In this document: in pieces, positions 11,215 to 24,037 of the stretch
How the letters are laid out: each line of letters begins with the position of its first letter
Position numbering within the stretch: position 1 is the stretch's first letter
Source of the DNA: Trichodelitschia bisporula
Taxonomy: Eukaryota
Reading direction: 5' to 3'
Assembly: GCA_010356995.1 (NCBI GenBank)
Contig: ML996688.1
Location: 806,001 to 870,000 of the forward strand
Length of the DNA stretch: 64,000 nt
The notes under the pieces: model-generated
Databases searched by the model: none
The model's input: only the letters and a program-made list of their open reading frames with translations
What the model was told of the DNA's origin: nothing
Program-made: the position numbers and the translations under genes

Positions 11215-13132
11215 CTTGAACAGTGCCTAGAAGGAGACAGCTGAGTCGCTGTGCCAACAAAGGTGCTGCGGCGATCGCGGGGAATCTGCAGGTCGGTTTG
11301 CAGGGGGGTGAGGCAAACGAGTGCGTTCGAAGGGCGGCGCACGGCGGCCGAGGAACGTAGAGTCGAGGAAGCGACTAGGTCGTGATCAAGCCCGCAATCG
11401 AGGTCATAGGGTCGTCCCTGCGATTACGGCTTTCGCGTGGCAGATAAGACGATCTAACGACAGGCACGAGCCTAAGAAGAACGGTAAGAGCCCACAAACA
11501 CGAGGAGCGCCGGGTGCGGTCAAACCCGACACAATGCGGATCGGGGGATGGGGAGGGTTGGCAAGTCACAATGGAGGACGAAGCGCAAACAAGAGCGCCG
11601 CTTCGCGATTGTAACAGAGCACGCCGATTTCGAAGAGACGAGGGGACGAACACAAAGAGAAGAAGGGCGGGGAGAGGATGAAGTTTGGGGACTGTTAGTG
11701 AAAGAGTTGGGGTGGTTGAGGGTTTGCAGGTTCAAGAGGGCCAGAGGGTTGAAGAGGTGCGCCCGAGCCGCTCTCTCAGAATAGTTTAGCGTGGGCCATC
11801 GACCTGGGCTTGGCAAGGCGGTGGGGTTTTTTGCTGGCTCTCGCTAACCCACCCTTTACATCCCACTTTCCTGCTTGATGCCTTCCTTTTTTGTGGGGAA
11901 GAAGTACCGGAAAGCCCTCTCGTGGACAGAGGAAGATCGATACTACTCCGAAGACAGTGGATGACCGAGTATTGCTACAGGAAGTTTGATACTCCGAAAA
12001 AATGATGGATGCCCGAGTTTGCCGCAGGAAAGAAGACACATGAGGCGCCCCTCAAAAAGCACGCAGAACTGCAAATGCTTGTTATCAAGGTTCAAAGGAG
12101 CAGAAGGAGGGGAAAAGCCAGGCGTGCCACCTTTGCATACCAGTCCGCAGTTCAAGCCACGCGTGCAAAACTCCGCACTCCAGCAGATTCAACTCTTGGA
12201 GGTGTGCAAATCTTGCCATGCGCCATCGCCATTCGCCGGTCCAACCGCCATCCAAAACGCCCCCTCACACATCTAGATGCTTGACCTCAACCCTTCCCCT
12301 CCTCCTTGGGCCGCCACCCTACCATTTGCCTGCCCACGAGCCCCACGTTGTTGCGCCCCCTTCTGAGTCCCCGAATAATGCCTACGTAACTGGCGTACCG
12401 TACCTCCGTATGTACGGTACGGTACTGTCGTGCTGTGTACGGATGTATAGGCGCCTGGGAAGTTGTGACTCCTGTACCACAGCTCTGCGTCCGAGCTTCG
12501 GCGCCCCGTGTGGCTGGTTTCACATTTCTCGAACCTGGGGGAAAATGTCCCGCGAGGCGCAACGGGCTTCCACTGGCGCGCGGCAGCTAGAACTAAAATC
12601 TCACCACCCTGTTCCCCCGCTCTCAAGTCCTCCCAATATCAAGAGTACTATGCCATACTGTTACTAAATTAGGCTGCTTACGGCAATGTGTCTTTCACTG
12701 CTTCTGGATATCAAATTAAGGTCACTTGCCTGGCTTTTCGCATTGTTCACTCTTCAACCCTTCTCCAACATGACAATGCACTTCCTTCATTTGCTTCTTC
12801 ATGCTCCCATCGTCGGCTCATTATCTAGTCTAACCGCGCAAGCCTAAACCGAACTATGCAGTTACGCCCATGGGACAACAAACGCTCATGATAATCCGAG
12901 AACAAGTCGTATGTGATGCTCATAAAAAATAGGTAGAGGTAAGTTGTCTTCGTGCACATAACTCAAAAACCAGTCCATAACAACGGGTATACAACCGACA
13001 ACAAGGTGTCCCCTCCGCTCGAAATGCTGCACATGCCATGAGCGCCGCCACCGTATCCCGATGCTGAGGAAACCGAACAGGACAAACAAGATGAAAATGT
13101 GTTGCTAACGCTTTTCGATTCGCTTAATCGAT

Positions 13133-15349
13133 TCAACGCTTATTTCCGTTCACGCCCGGGCTGTCTGACGTCCCCATGAGCTTCTGCATAAACGTTACGT
13201 AGTCGAACTTTGGGAGATCGGCATCTTCAGCAGTCCCCGGCCCACTGTGCGTCGGCATCGTGGCGATCATCTCTTCCACAACTTCTTCTGGAATCAAGGA
13301 GTGGCGCAGATCCAGCTCGGTAACGTAGGGCTGCTAGCGTTAGCGTCATGCTGCTTCCCGCCGACTGCCTTCTTACCTTTCCGTCGGCGACCTCCCTGAA
13401 GCTCTCGAAAACTTGCTCCGCCGTGTTTTGGTCCTCGGTGACGTCTACCATGAACCGGATAAACTGCTCAAATGTTACGTAGTCTCTGCCGCCGCTGGTC
13501 TCCTTAAATTTTTCGTGCATTTCCGCTTCGTCATACACGAGACCCAAACTCGCCAACGCCGCCGAGAATTCCAGCTCATGGAGCGAGTTGCTTAGGTCGC
13601 GGTCAAAATGCCTGAAGACGGACTCGAATTCCTCCAGCTGAATTGGGGTCAGATTGGTCATCTCGCGAGCGACCATCTGGTTCTCAAGGAATGCCAATTT
13701 CTTCGACACGCTGCTTTTGACTAGGCCTAGCTCATATTCAAGTTCTTCATACGTGTACGTCGTGAAGTCATTTTCTTCAATGTTAGCTTCTTGACACTGT
13801 TCGTCGATACCGGCAATGATGTCCAGGTATTCGTCCAGGGGCTGAAGATTATGACTGAGACGCTGAGTGTGCTGCAGCTGGTCATCTACCTCGCCTTCAA
13901 GGCCAGAAATCGACACCGAGATGGTCTGGAGCGCCAGAGCCAGGCTGTTCGCTTTGTCGGCAAATGACCTGCGAAGTGCGTTTTTGATGCTGCAGGCTGT
14001 TAGAATACGAGTACGAAAGAAGGACCGAGCAAACATACTCCCTAATTGTCTCGTTGATGATCTGGCTTCGATCCCGCTCGGCCTTCATGAGTCCGGCCCA
14101 AGCGCGGTCAAGCGCCTCGAGACTGAGTTCTGCCGGCGGCTCGTACGGCCGCAGTCGGTAGGTACTCAATTTGGTCTTGATGTTCCCCAGCAGTCCGACA
14201 AGGTCCGACTTCTCAGCCACCCAAGCGCGCTTTTTCCCCTTTTTATAGGCCATGAACTCGACCGACTGGTTCTTCGCGTCGGCGTAGGTGCCTTCGAACT
14301 TGGCCTCCTCCCATGATGTCTTTTGCTCAGCGATCTGCCGCAGAAGTTCACGCATCCGTTTCTCGAACGAGTTCTGCATTTCCCAGGCGCCTTGCATATT
14401 CTGGACGAACTTCTCTACACGACGTCCAGCGTTCTCGACCTTCTCCATCTGGGAAAAGGCGTGGAACCAGTAGGCAATGTATGTCATGAGGGAGCGCTCG
14501 TCCGGTTTAGCCACATCGCAAACGTCTTCAACGTCGAGCAAATCAGGGATGCCGATTTCCTTTGTTGCGATCTCAAAGGCAAGCGCCATATTTCCGCGGT
14601 GATCGCTCTTGTCGAGGCTGTCGTAGTCCATGAGATCGGGCCGATGGATGTCCAGCAGCGCGCAGCTGTGTTGTCTGTCAGCAAAGACACATCAGACAAG
14701 GGGAGCACTGACAATGCAAGCCCATCATTCCAACTGGTTGAGAAGTCTCGGATCTCTACTTCCTCGTAGCATGCCGTTTTTCTTTGACACCAGAGCAAGA
14801 GACCTTCCTTTGCACTCAATCCTTCCTCGTTGATATCACTGATGGTGAAACGCAGGATGAGTGTCCATATCAGGCCTAGTATGATCTTGCGGTTCCCGTC
14901 TACTACATCCTCTGCTCCGATATTGGTCATCTGTATGCCGCGTCCTTTGACGAAATCCAGAGCCTTGTTGACATTCTCGAACTTCTGAACGCGCAGCTTG
15001 GGCTTCGAGGCATAGCGACCGAGCGACTCGTGACTGAGAACTTCCAGGAGGTGTATTAAAATGACCTGTGAGGTGGGGTTAGATATGATCGCTGGAATAG
15101 AGAACCCCACACCTCATCGCAAAAGCAAGCACCAGGCTTGCGATTGCGGTGCGGAGGGAAGAAGAGAAACGTACGCCATCGGAGAGATCGGAGACCAGAT
15201 CCTGGATTTCGACATCCCGAACCTTTATCTTGCTGTTGAGCCTGCGCAACGGTCAGTACTTTCCCGGAGAGGTCGGAGAATAGCATTGTTTACCACTTGG
15301 TGAAGGTCTTCTGCTGCACCGTAACCCACCGCTGCTCGAAAAGAGACAT
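13133..15349 (-). CDS. AIN1: Alpha-actinin (2 CH domains, spectrin repeats, EF hands)
   Basis: Exons 15349-15294, 15241-15175, 15065-14713, 14665-14039, 13989-13377 and 13330-13133. Motifs QQKTFTKW, IGAEDVVDGN, LLLWCQRKT, DFSTSWNDGLA, PDERSLMTY and EF hand FDRDLSNSL. Confidence 0.95.
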
Positions 15350-16198
15350 GGCTGGCCTAGGACCATGCAGCAGGAGGCGGAATCAGGGAAACAGAACCCG
15401 CGCGCTCGATACTTCAGCGGTTGGAAAACTTGTGCAGCACAAACGTGCTGTCGGCACGCGATTCGAGTGCGGAGAAGATGGTACAGAGAGACGGGCGCCA
15501 AGCGGGGAAACCGTGCCGTTTGGGGGGGAGGAAGCAGCTTGGGGATCCACCAGGGTCCAAAGTTAAAGCCTGGACAGGAAAACTAATGAGGGGCCAATGG
15601 AAGGCCAACAGGCCATCAACGCTTGCGCCGTCACTGCACTTCATCCCAAGTCTGGAGCGTCGGAAATACGTTTTCGAGGTCTATTGGCTATTGGGACAAT
15701 TAGGGCCCATCCTTTACTCTCACCAACCATCTGACAAATGGCATCTTTTGAATTGCTGGGCGATTTATTGGGAGTCTTTTGAGCACAGACTGTATCTGCT
15801 TGAAATGTCCACTGCATACGTCATTGCCCTGACAGGACGGATAGAAAAAGCTTAGCATAAGTGAATTGAAATGCCCAAGTGGTCTTCTAAATGCTCGACT
15901 GGGGTTCAGATAACGTCTCCGATGTCAACAGTCATACACTGATGCAGCATTAAATGCAGGCTTCCGGATACGATACCTCTGTACCCTTAGTGCAAATGAA
16001 CGTGGGCATCAGATAATATGACAAACGCCACCGAGATATCTTGGAACGCCTATACGTAAGGTAAACACACACCGAGAACCATGCAACCTACACCACCAAC
16101 GAGTCTATCAGCATGCGGCCCTATGGCCTCGATTATGTATTCCATGACCCGATTAGCCATCGTGCTCCGAACAGGCCGGTTTTGTCTTCGTCCGACCT

Positions 16199-16970
16199 TC
16201 ATTTCAGAGCCTTCTGAATAGTCTCCTCTGGGTGCTTGACCGCCTCCTTCGCGACGTGCCCTTGTGTTTTTGCCGCATCTTTGACACTTTCACCGAGAGA
16301 CTGGTTCTTAAGAGAGCGTTGATAGAGGAAGATGCGAGCAACCTGAATGGTACCGACAACACCCAGGAAGAAGTTCACCGTAGCGAGGCTGACGGGTAGT
16401 GCTGGTTAGCGGCTGCCCTTTCCACGGACGATACGCAAACTCACAATACGTTTTTGGGCCTGATGATGAGGCACCACCGCGTCCAGATTGCTCCAGTGCC
16501 GACAAGGGCCAAATTCTGCGTAAGGGAAAGACTCTCCGCAGGCCGCGCGAAGTCTGCAATGCCAGCGATCACGACTCCCCACTGTAAACCAAGCGTCAGC
16601 ACCGGACTCAAGCGCTGCTCAATAGGGCTGTATGCGCCTATATCGAGTTGGACAATCGTTTTAGCGGGAATAGACGTACTTTCATGATGGGTGCCCTGAT
16701 AATAGTGGTATGGTTAGCATGCCAATCCGTGAAAGTAAGACAATGTACAACTCGTACTCTGCTGGTACGAGGGGCTGACAGAGGATTGGATATCACATAC
16801 CAGAAGTGAACAGTCTTCGGCCCAACAGGGCTGGCCCAGAGCGCAGCGAGTTTGCTCTGCGCGGCTTCGGGAGCGGCATCAGTTTGTATGCGGCGCTGGA
16901 ATGGTTGACGAAAGGTGGCCCGGAACGACTGCGTCGCCCGCAAAAGCCGAAGTCCGACACGTTGTGACAT
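16199..16970 (-). CDS. MPC2: Mitochondrial pyruvate carrier subunit 2
   Basis: Four exons including a 16-nt exon at 16695-16680. Spliced product contains the MPC signature GPKTVHFWAPIMKWG, plus TGAIWTRWCLIIRPKN and VNFFLG. Confidence 0.92.
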
Positions 16971-18823
16971 TTCAGAGCGGATGTGGAGGGTATGTGCTTA
17001 GGAATAGCGACACCGGCCTCAATTCGACAACTCCGAGTCTAGAGGCAAGCCGGGGGGTTTCAAAGGGGTTCGATGATACCGATGACTGCTTGGTGAGCGG
17101 TGGTTCTCTAGGATTTCGGGGATGGGGTTGAAGAGCTCCGATATTTCTTGGCAGTGGCTTTTGGATCTCCGACGTTCTTTGGACTTGTCGATGCTCCTCA
17201 ACAGCCCACCACGAGCAATTGCACGTCACGTTCACGACAATGGCTGCGAAATACACCTTTGCGCAAGGTTTGAAGGAGCTCCGGTTCCATCTATGCCAAA
17301 CGTCAGAGCATAGCGCTGCCGCGCGGTAAGTTGCGATCAATTCCAGATGAACGTTCCTGACCTACTCGACAAGCTCGTTCCTCCTGCGTTCATACCCCAC
17401 CATGAAGAAGCACAATCCGGTGACGCCGATCCTTATCCGCGAAGCTCTGGATGTCCAGCCCAAAGTGTGGGCGAGATTCGGTATGGCATTAGCAGCTTTC
17501 CCGGCCACCAGTTTGTACTGACTGACGCTCGCCAGAGTACGGCAAGGAGAAGGTGGTGCCATTGAGTGGTAAGTTGACGCGACCCCCGACTGCACTACTT
17601 TTCAGCCCAGCTGATGTGTGGACTTTGTATAGGCTTAGATGACAAGGGAATCGAGAGCAAGGTGACCGAACTGGTTTCTTCGCAGACAGCATAGATTGAG
17701 AATCATGATGGCCGACTGAATATACCCTCCCATGTGAGCTCAAGATTTACGCTTGGGATGCACTTGTCAAATTCCCCAGAGATTGATATTGCTTATGCGG
17801 CGGCACTACCCTGCTCCCAGTGAAGCTGATCCCCATACTCGCTGACACGTTTGCCACTTGGGGCTTCCTTTCGACGCTTCAATCCAGAGTCCAGAGTAAG
17901 CATATGCCCCTGCTGGTAGCCGAATGCCTTGAACATGCTCAAGTGCAGTCGTTCACCTATGTCAGTTGGAGCTACGTGATTGCCAGCACGCGATGCTCGG
18001 CTCATTTCAGTTACTCATTATATCAGAGTATCTCATCAATGGAGCAGGTCAATGCCGTCGTGGCGCCCTTACTTTGGGGTGGGGGTGCGCCATGGCTCCC
18101 ACGACCCGACACATCGCGAGGAGTGCCTCATGCAGTAGGACCGAAATCCAGCTCTGGTGAGCTGCCTCTCTGTTGAACATCCGAGCTACCGTTACACTTG
18201 TGGGATAGAGGCACGCGACATGACAAGTAAAATTTAGCAACGAGAGTGGTTGGTCGCCTTTTCAGCGGGATGGCGGAGACTTGAGGACTCAAGCCTTGCA
18301 ACGCATTCATTTCGGCCGAAACTATTTACTAACCGCTACCCCCACGCCTTGCTGCTCGTATGCAAGCCCGACCGTCTGATCACGGGCATCCTGGAGTTTC
18401 TAGACTTCAGGATACATATAAGCAAGATGCAAGCCAACATGCGTTCTACTCTTCATACTACCATCGGGCGTTATAAAGCAACCAGTACCCTCGAAGCTAG
18501 GAGGGGCGTCTTCATGCTAGAGGTCATGTTCATCTGCCCCGCCCTCTAGTTCTGCGCTATTCTGTGGCTCGCATATGCTTCAGTCGTGTGTCCTATCCCG
18601 ACATTTCCATCAACACATTCCGGCAGGGGACCTGCATAACCAGCCCTTCTCGCCTCCTCGAAGGGAAGGCTGTTACTCCACGTGCCGGCGCCCCCAAATC
18701 TCGCACAGAACTGGCTGCGCCCATCTTAAAACCCGAAGCGTTGGTCGACCAGAGTCTCGCCATACCCGTCCTCGAAAACGTCTTCGCCTGCTGGTTCAGT
18801 CCTAGCTGGGAAGCCGCAGAAGG

Positions 18824-20076
18824 ATGGAACCCAACCATTTATACTATGCAGAAGCTTCTTCCAGCAACCCTCGGCGTTGGCCGCCGCAAATTCGACCTCA
18901 AGGCTACGAGCCACCTCCGCCGCCCGCGATCCAGACCGCACCAATTTACCCCGTGGGGACAGGCGTGGATGCCGAGCTTGACTTTATGACCACTTCCAGC
19001 TTCTCCGGCTGGCATATAAGCCAAACGGAAGAGGGTGCACCTTGGACTGAGGAAGATGAAGGAGAGGAAGACCGACGCATGTCAGCAGAGCCGAGTTCAG
19101 CAAGTACCAGCCAGCTGGGATTGTCTCCTCGGTATCAAGCCCCGCATGGTAAGTGGCATACTATACCTCCTTTTTTTCATGCCTTCCCCTACCAGATTCG
19201 TTGCTTTCCGGTCCCGATATCCAGTTGTCTTCTCCTTCCCCGTCGCGTTCGGTTCGACCGAGTGGAGAATGCATGAAGGTGACTTTGGCGCCATAGATCG
19301 CTACGATTCGCAATATGGCCGCTTTGCAACTGGATAAGCACACAAGCAGGAGTAACATGGGAACTTGGCCGCGGAAGCACCTGGCGTTTGACGCCATAGC
19401 ACGCCATACAGCTATCACGTGATATCGAGATGTCGATATCATTCACCAGCTGCCTATCCCCATATCAAATTCCGCGCCTAGCCTTGAGTTTTAATAAGAT
19501 CAGGCTGACCTGTTTGTTCCTCTAGCTGAGCCTCAGAATACTCAGGTCCCCGGGTTTCGAGCCATAGCACCGAACCCAGCTTCAGCACGGCCATATCCGA
19601 TCCCGAATCGAGTCATGGCGGACCCTTATGGGAACATACCTCCCCCATACATGGGACCGCCTAACGCCCCTACGCACCCTCAAGACTCTCCCTCAATCGA
19701 GTTCGCCCCCTTCTTCGGCGATTTCGTTCCAATCTCGAGCCCGACGCCGCAAGACGACCAGCTCGCCGCAATCGAAGAAGAGAAGCGCCGACGGAACACG
19801 GCGGCGAGCGCTCGCTTCCGCATCAAAAAGAAAGAACGAGAGCAGGCACTCGAGCAGACAGCAGCAGAAATGACGGAGAAAGTGGTGGGCCTGGAAGCTA
19901 AAGTCGGTCAGCTAGAACTGGAGAACAAGTGGCTCAGGGGTCTGATCACGGAGAAGAGCAAAAACGTCGTTGGTGGCAAAGCTGGAGAGAGCTCGAAGAA
20001 GGATTCGAAGGGGAAGAAGAGCGAGGACAAGTCCAGGGGCCCGGGAAAACACACTGACGGTGTGGGTACAGCATGA
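18824..20076 (+). CDS. bZIP transcription factor, MetR/CYS-3/Zip1-like
   Basis: Exons 18824-19148 and 19526-20076 join in frame across a 377-nt intron (GTAAGT, CTGAC, TAG). Basic region EEKRRRNTAASARFRIKKKERE and zipper ending LELENKWLRGLITEK are typical of this family. Confidence 0.85.
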
Positions 20077-21158
20077 GCTGATCGGGCCGGATGCATCGCA
20101 GGTGCTTCGGTACATGGTTCGGGGTTTCGGGGCGAGTGATCCTTTTCTTACGCCATGCCACGGAAAAGATGGCTGGTTGTCTTTGCACAACGAATGTCAT
20201 GACCTCATGACATGACGCTCAGGCTGAAATGGCGCTCGAAAACATATGTGGACAATGCGGCGGACATGATTATCTTTGGACGAAATGAACGAATGGGCAT
20301 GCATAACATGCATTTGAACGAAGTATTGACCTCTTCCTATTGCCTTTTTCTCACTGACTTCATGGGAGCTGCGAACCCTTGACTTAACCAGAGCGCTTTG
20401 CGGCCTTGCGAACCCCATGTCTTATCGGTGTCTTCGGCAACTCTCATAACTTCCCGCCCTTTCGAACACGGATGCCCACGTCATTGATGAACAATCTTCA
20501 CCTTTTAGACGCATGCTGCGATCAAAAGTGGATATAGCGGGTCTCATGCTTCGGGGTAGGACTTGATGCCCATTGCTCCCCGCAATCTCGCTAGTTTACA
20601 CGATATTGCTCAATCCGAGCCCGCACAGTACTGAAGCCGGCCTCCGAAGCGAATGTTGGGCCTAGTCAAGCCTAAGCGTCATCCGACCGGTTAGGGCAGA
20701 TTTATGCTCAAAGAGCTTACGAATAACTCCCCACCATGATGCCCGGACAAACACTAACCATCCATGGCTCAGGCTTATCATACCACATTTGTCCCACCAG
20801 AACTGTTTCTTGGACTCACCATATCACTTGCCACTTTTCCCTCCTTTGGATCCGGCGCAGATCGTAAGGCTGTAAAAGTTCCTCTGTTCGGTGGTTCTAG
20901 TCCCCTTTACCAATGTACGCGGCGTATTGACTGACTCATTTCAGCCGCCAGGATACGCGGTCCGTATCTGGAATTACGGGAGGCTCGATAACCTTTAGAC
21001 CGTCAGCCAAACTTCGAGTTCCAACATTCTCTAGGTCGGCCCCTCTTTGCCTTGGTCCGGAATTCCGTCTCGCCCGACTTCGCCTGTAATCCGATCTTCT
21101 TCGTCTGCTTTCGAACTCTCTCACACCACTACCTCCCATCATCGTTATTTCATCAATC

Positions 21159-22604
21159 ATGGCGTCCACATACGAAGATCCTTCAGGAATGAACCCAGAA
21201 AATAATGTTGGGCCTGCACCACAGACAGCCTCGAGCGGGGATCGCTCCAGCTGGCCGGAGGCAAATACGTCCAGTATCTCGGTGGGCATGAATAATCCTG
21301 CGAATCAGTACTTTCGCTCCCGCAGACTTAGGAAAGGCACTGCCAATGAGAAGCCCTGGCTCAAAGAGAAAGATTCGAGGGAGATTTGGATCACATTGAT
21401 TCCTCTCATCGGCCTGCTTTGTGGGCTTGGGATTGCCGCAGCTCTCGTGTGGAGTGGCTACAAGTCGGTGACGAACCTTGAGTATTGTCTTGTCTTGGAC
21501 GAAGACTGGTCGCACGGTATCCGGAGTAACGTTTGGACTCGCGAAGCAGAAGTTGGTGGCTTTGGGTATGTGTTCCTATTCAGCGGACTGTGATACTGAC
21601 AGCTCTCCAGTAATGGCCAATTCGATATGACAACTATGGCCGAGGAGAACTCCTTCATCAAAGATGGAGCCCTGCACATCAAGCCGACACTGCAGGATGC
21701 CGAACTGGTGAAACATAACTCCGTCATCAACTACACGGCACAAGGCATCTGTGCCTCGGACAAATGGTACAACTGCGTTACATCCACCAACACCACTAAT
21801 GGCACCATTGTGAGCCCCGCCAAATCTGCCCGTATGAGCACCAGAAAGAGCGTCAGCATTAAGTACGGCCGCGTGGAGGTCGAGGCCAAGCTCCCTTCCG
21901 GCGACTGGCTATGGCCCGCCATCTGGATGTTGCCGAGGGACTCAGTCTATGGGGAGTGGCCGCAATCGGGCGAAATCGACATTGCGGAGTCGAGGGGTAA
22001 CAACTGGACCTATGAAGGGGGCGGGAACGATTACGTGGGCAGCACCCTACACTGGGGACCGAGCACCGAGCATGATCAGTGGTGGAGGAGTCACGACAAA
22101 AAGCGTGCTCTGCACACTACATTTTCTGACAAGTTCCATACTTTCGGTCTCGAGTGGAGCGACAAGTACATGTTCACTTACATTGACAGCCGACTGATGC
22201 AGGTTTTCTTCACGCATTTAGACACACCATTTTGGCAGCGCGGACAGTTTCCGCTCACGGGGAGCAATGGTACTCGCTATCTTGATCCCTGGAGCCAGAC
22301 GGGCAACCCTTCTACGCCGTTTGATAAGGAGTTCTATCTCATCTTGAACGTGGCTGTCGGCGGCACAAATGCTTGGTTCAAGGATGGGAAGAGCGGCAAG
22401 CCCTGGGTCGATGGCAGCCCTAGCGCCAGATTGGATTTTTGGAATGCTCAGGACAAATGGTACCCTACATGGGATGAAAATGCCGCCATGGTAGTCAAGC
22501 ACGTCAGGGTATGTCCGAGGCACAATTAATCTTCCATTGAAGGCAAGGAGCTAACGTCCCGTACCCAGATGTGGCAGCAGAAAGGTTTCAACGACTGCAT
22601 GTGA
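21159..22604 (+). CDS. Membrane-anchored GH16 beta-glucanase/transglycosylase (laminarinase/beta-1,3-glucan-binding-protein-like)
   Basis: Exons 21159-21565, 21611-22508 and 22569-22604. One TM helix (IWITLIPLIGLLCGLGIAAALVW), WLWPAIWMLP, intact catalytic GEIDIAE (ExDxxE), FYLILNVAVGG. Confidence 0.93.
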
Positions 22605-24037
22605 GATGGAACGCAAATAGTCGTAAACCGTCCTCATCAGTGGACGCGCCTCGCACGACGCCGCCGTCAATGCCGCTGCCGGATCTGCTTCTAGTTGCGA
22701 ACCTACCCTGCAAATATCTTTTACACAACGTCAACAAACTCATGTTGTCCGCGGTGAAGTGGATATTTGCTCACGCTCTGTCTCAATGTCTTAGCTGCAC
22801 GGCGGTAGGATTTAGGTTTTGGGTATCAAAATTTGGGCTTCGCTTCTTCGCTCCTTGCTTCTAAAAATTGTGACCTGCATTCAAACGCCTAGACTGTAAT
22901 GGTGTTTTTTAATGGGTTTGAACTCTCGCATTCAAGATGCTTAAGATGGCCGTCAAACCAGTAATGATTCCGTCGCATTGATCCAAAATGGCATTGGGTT
23001 CGAGTACAGCCTACATCTGGCGGCGAAGACGCGGAAGGGAGGATCAGTCGTTAACCCTACGAGGCAATGGTGGCCGCCCGAACTGGTAGCAGCCTAGATC
23101 GGACCTTTCTCCTCGATTGCACGTCACGACTGGTCGGGGTGGGGGGAAGGCGTAGGGTACCAATACGGTCTAACAAGCTGGCCGGACCGACCGACATTTA
23201 TTCAGGGTTCAAAGGCATGGCAAGGAAACGGGGCTCGTTCAGTCTAAGTTTGGTTCGGCAAGTAGAACTAGGGTGACTGCCGCTCAAAATGTCAGCAATA
23301 ACGGTATCGTCGCGGCAAATGCAGAGAAACGTGTTGCCTTCTGGGGTCCCAAAATGGTGGTTGCACGTTCAGCTGCGAGGTACCTCCCGGTTTGGGATTG
23401 GTTCGATCGGCAAGGCTGAATCGAACCAATTTCCATACCCCTGTCCTCATCGGAAATAGTGGACTTCAACGGAGCGCCCCGAGCCGCCTAGCCTAACCGC
23501 GTCACCAGTGAATTGAAAAGAACTTGATTTTTACCACAGGCTGATAAGCCGGATGTCTAATCGCGATCCCACAGATGTGGCAAACCGCTTCAAGGCTGAC
23601 GTGGAACTGTCGCGGTCGAGCCGTTCCTAATCTCCGCTTAGCGAGCGGCTGTTGGAGTGAGTCCGACAGACCTCATTGCTAAAATTGCCTTAAACCTCCA
23701 AACCGCCATGCAGTTCAGCCCAGTTTCTATGCCGGAGGCTTTACAGATCTTAGATCGGCGCTCACAGCACATACTCCAATCGCACCTCCGACATCATTGG
23801 TGGTGATCAAGTTCCAACTGAGCCCAGCAACTCTCCTCTCCTGGCGGGCAGACGATCTTCGGTCTGGCACGCCATGCCGACATCTAAAGACGGCTTGCTT
23901 TGCAGGCTGCAAAGATGGGCGGGGCGAAATTGGGATGGATTCTTTTGCGTGTCTTTATGTTATCCTGTGATCCTCTACGAGTACAAGCTTAGAGCTTTCA
24001 TGTTTTTCGTTCAGCATTTCCATTCCAGCTTTTCAGA

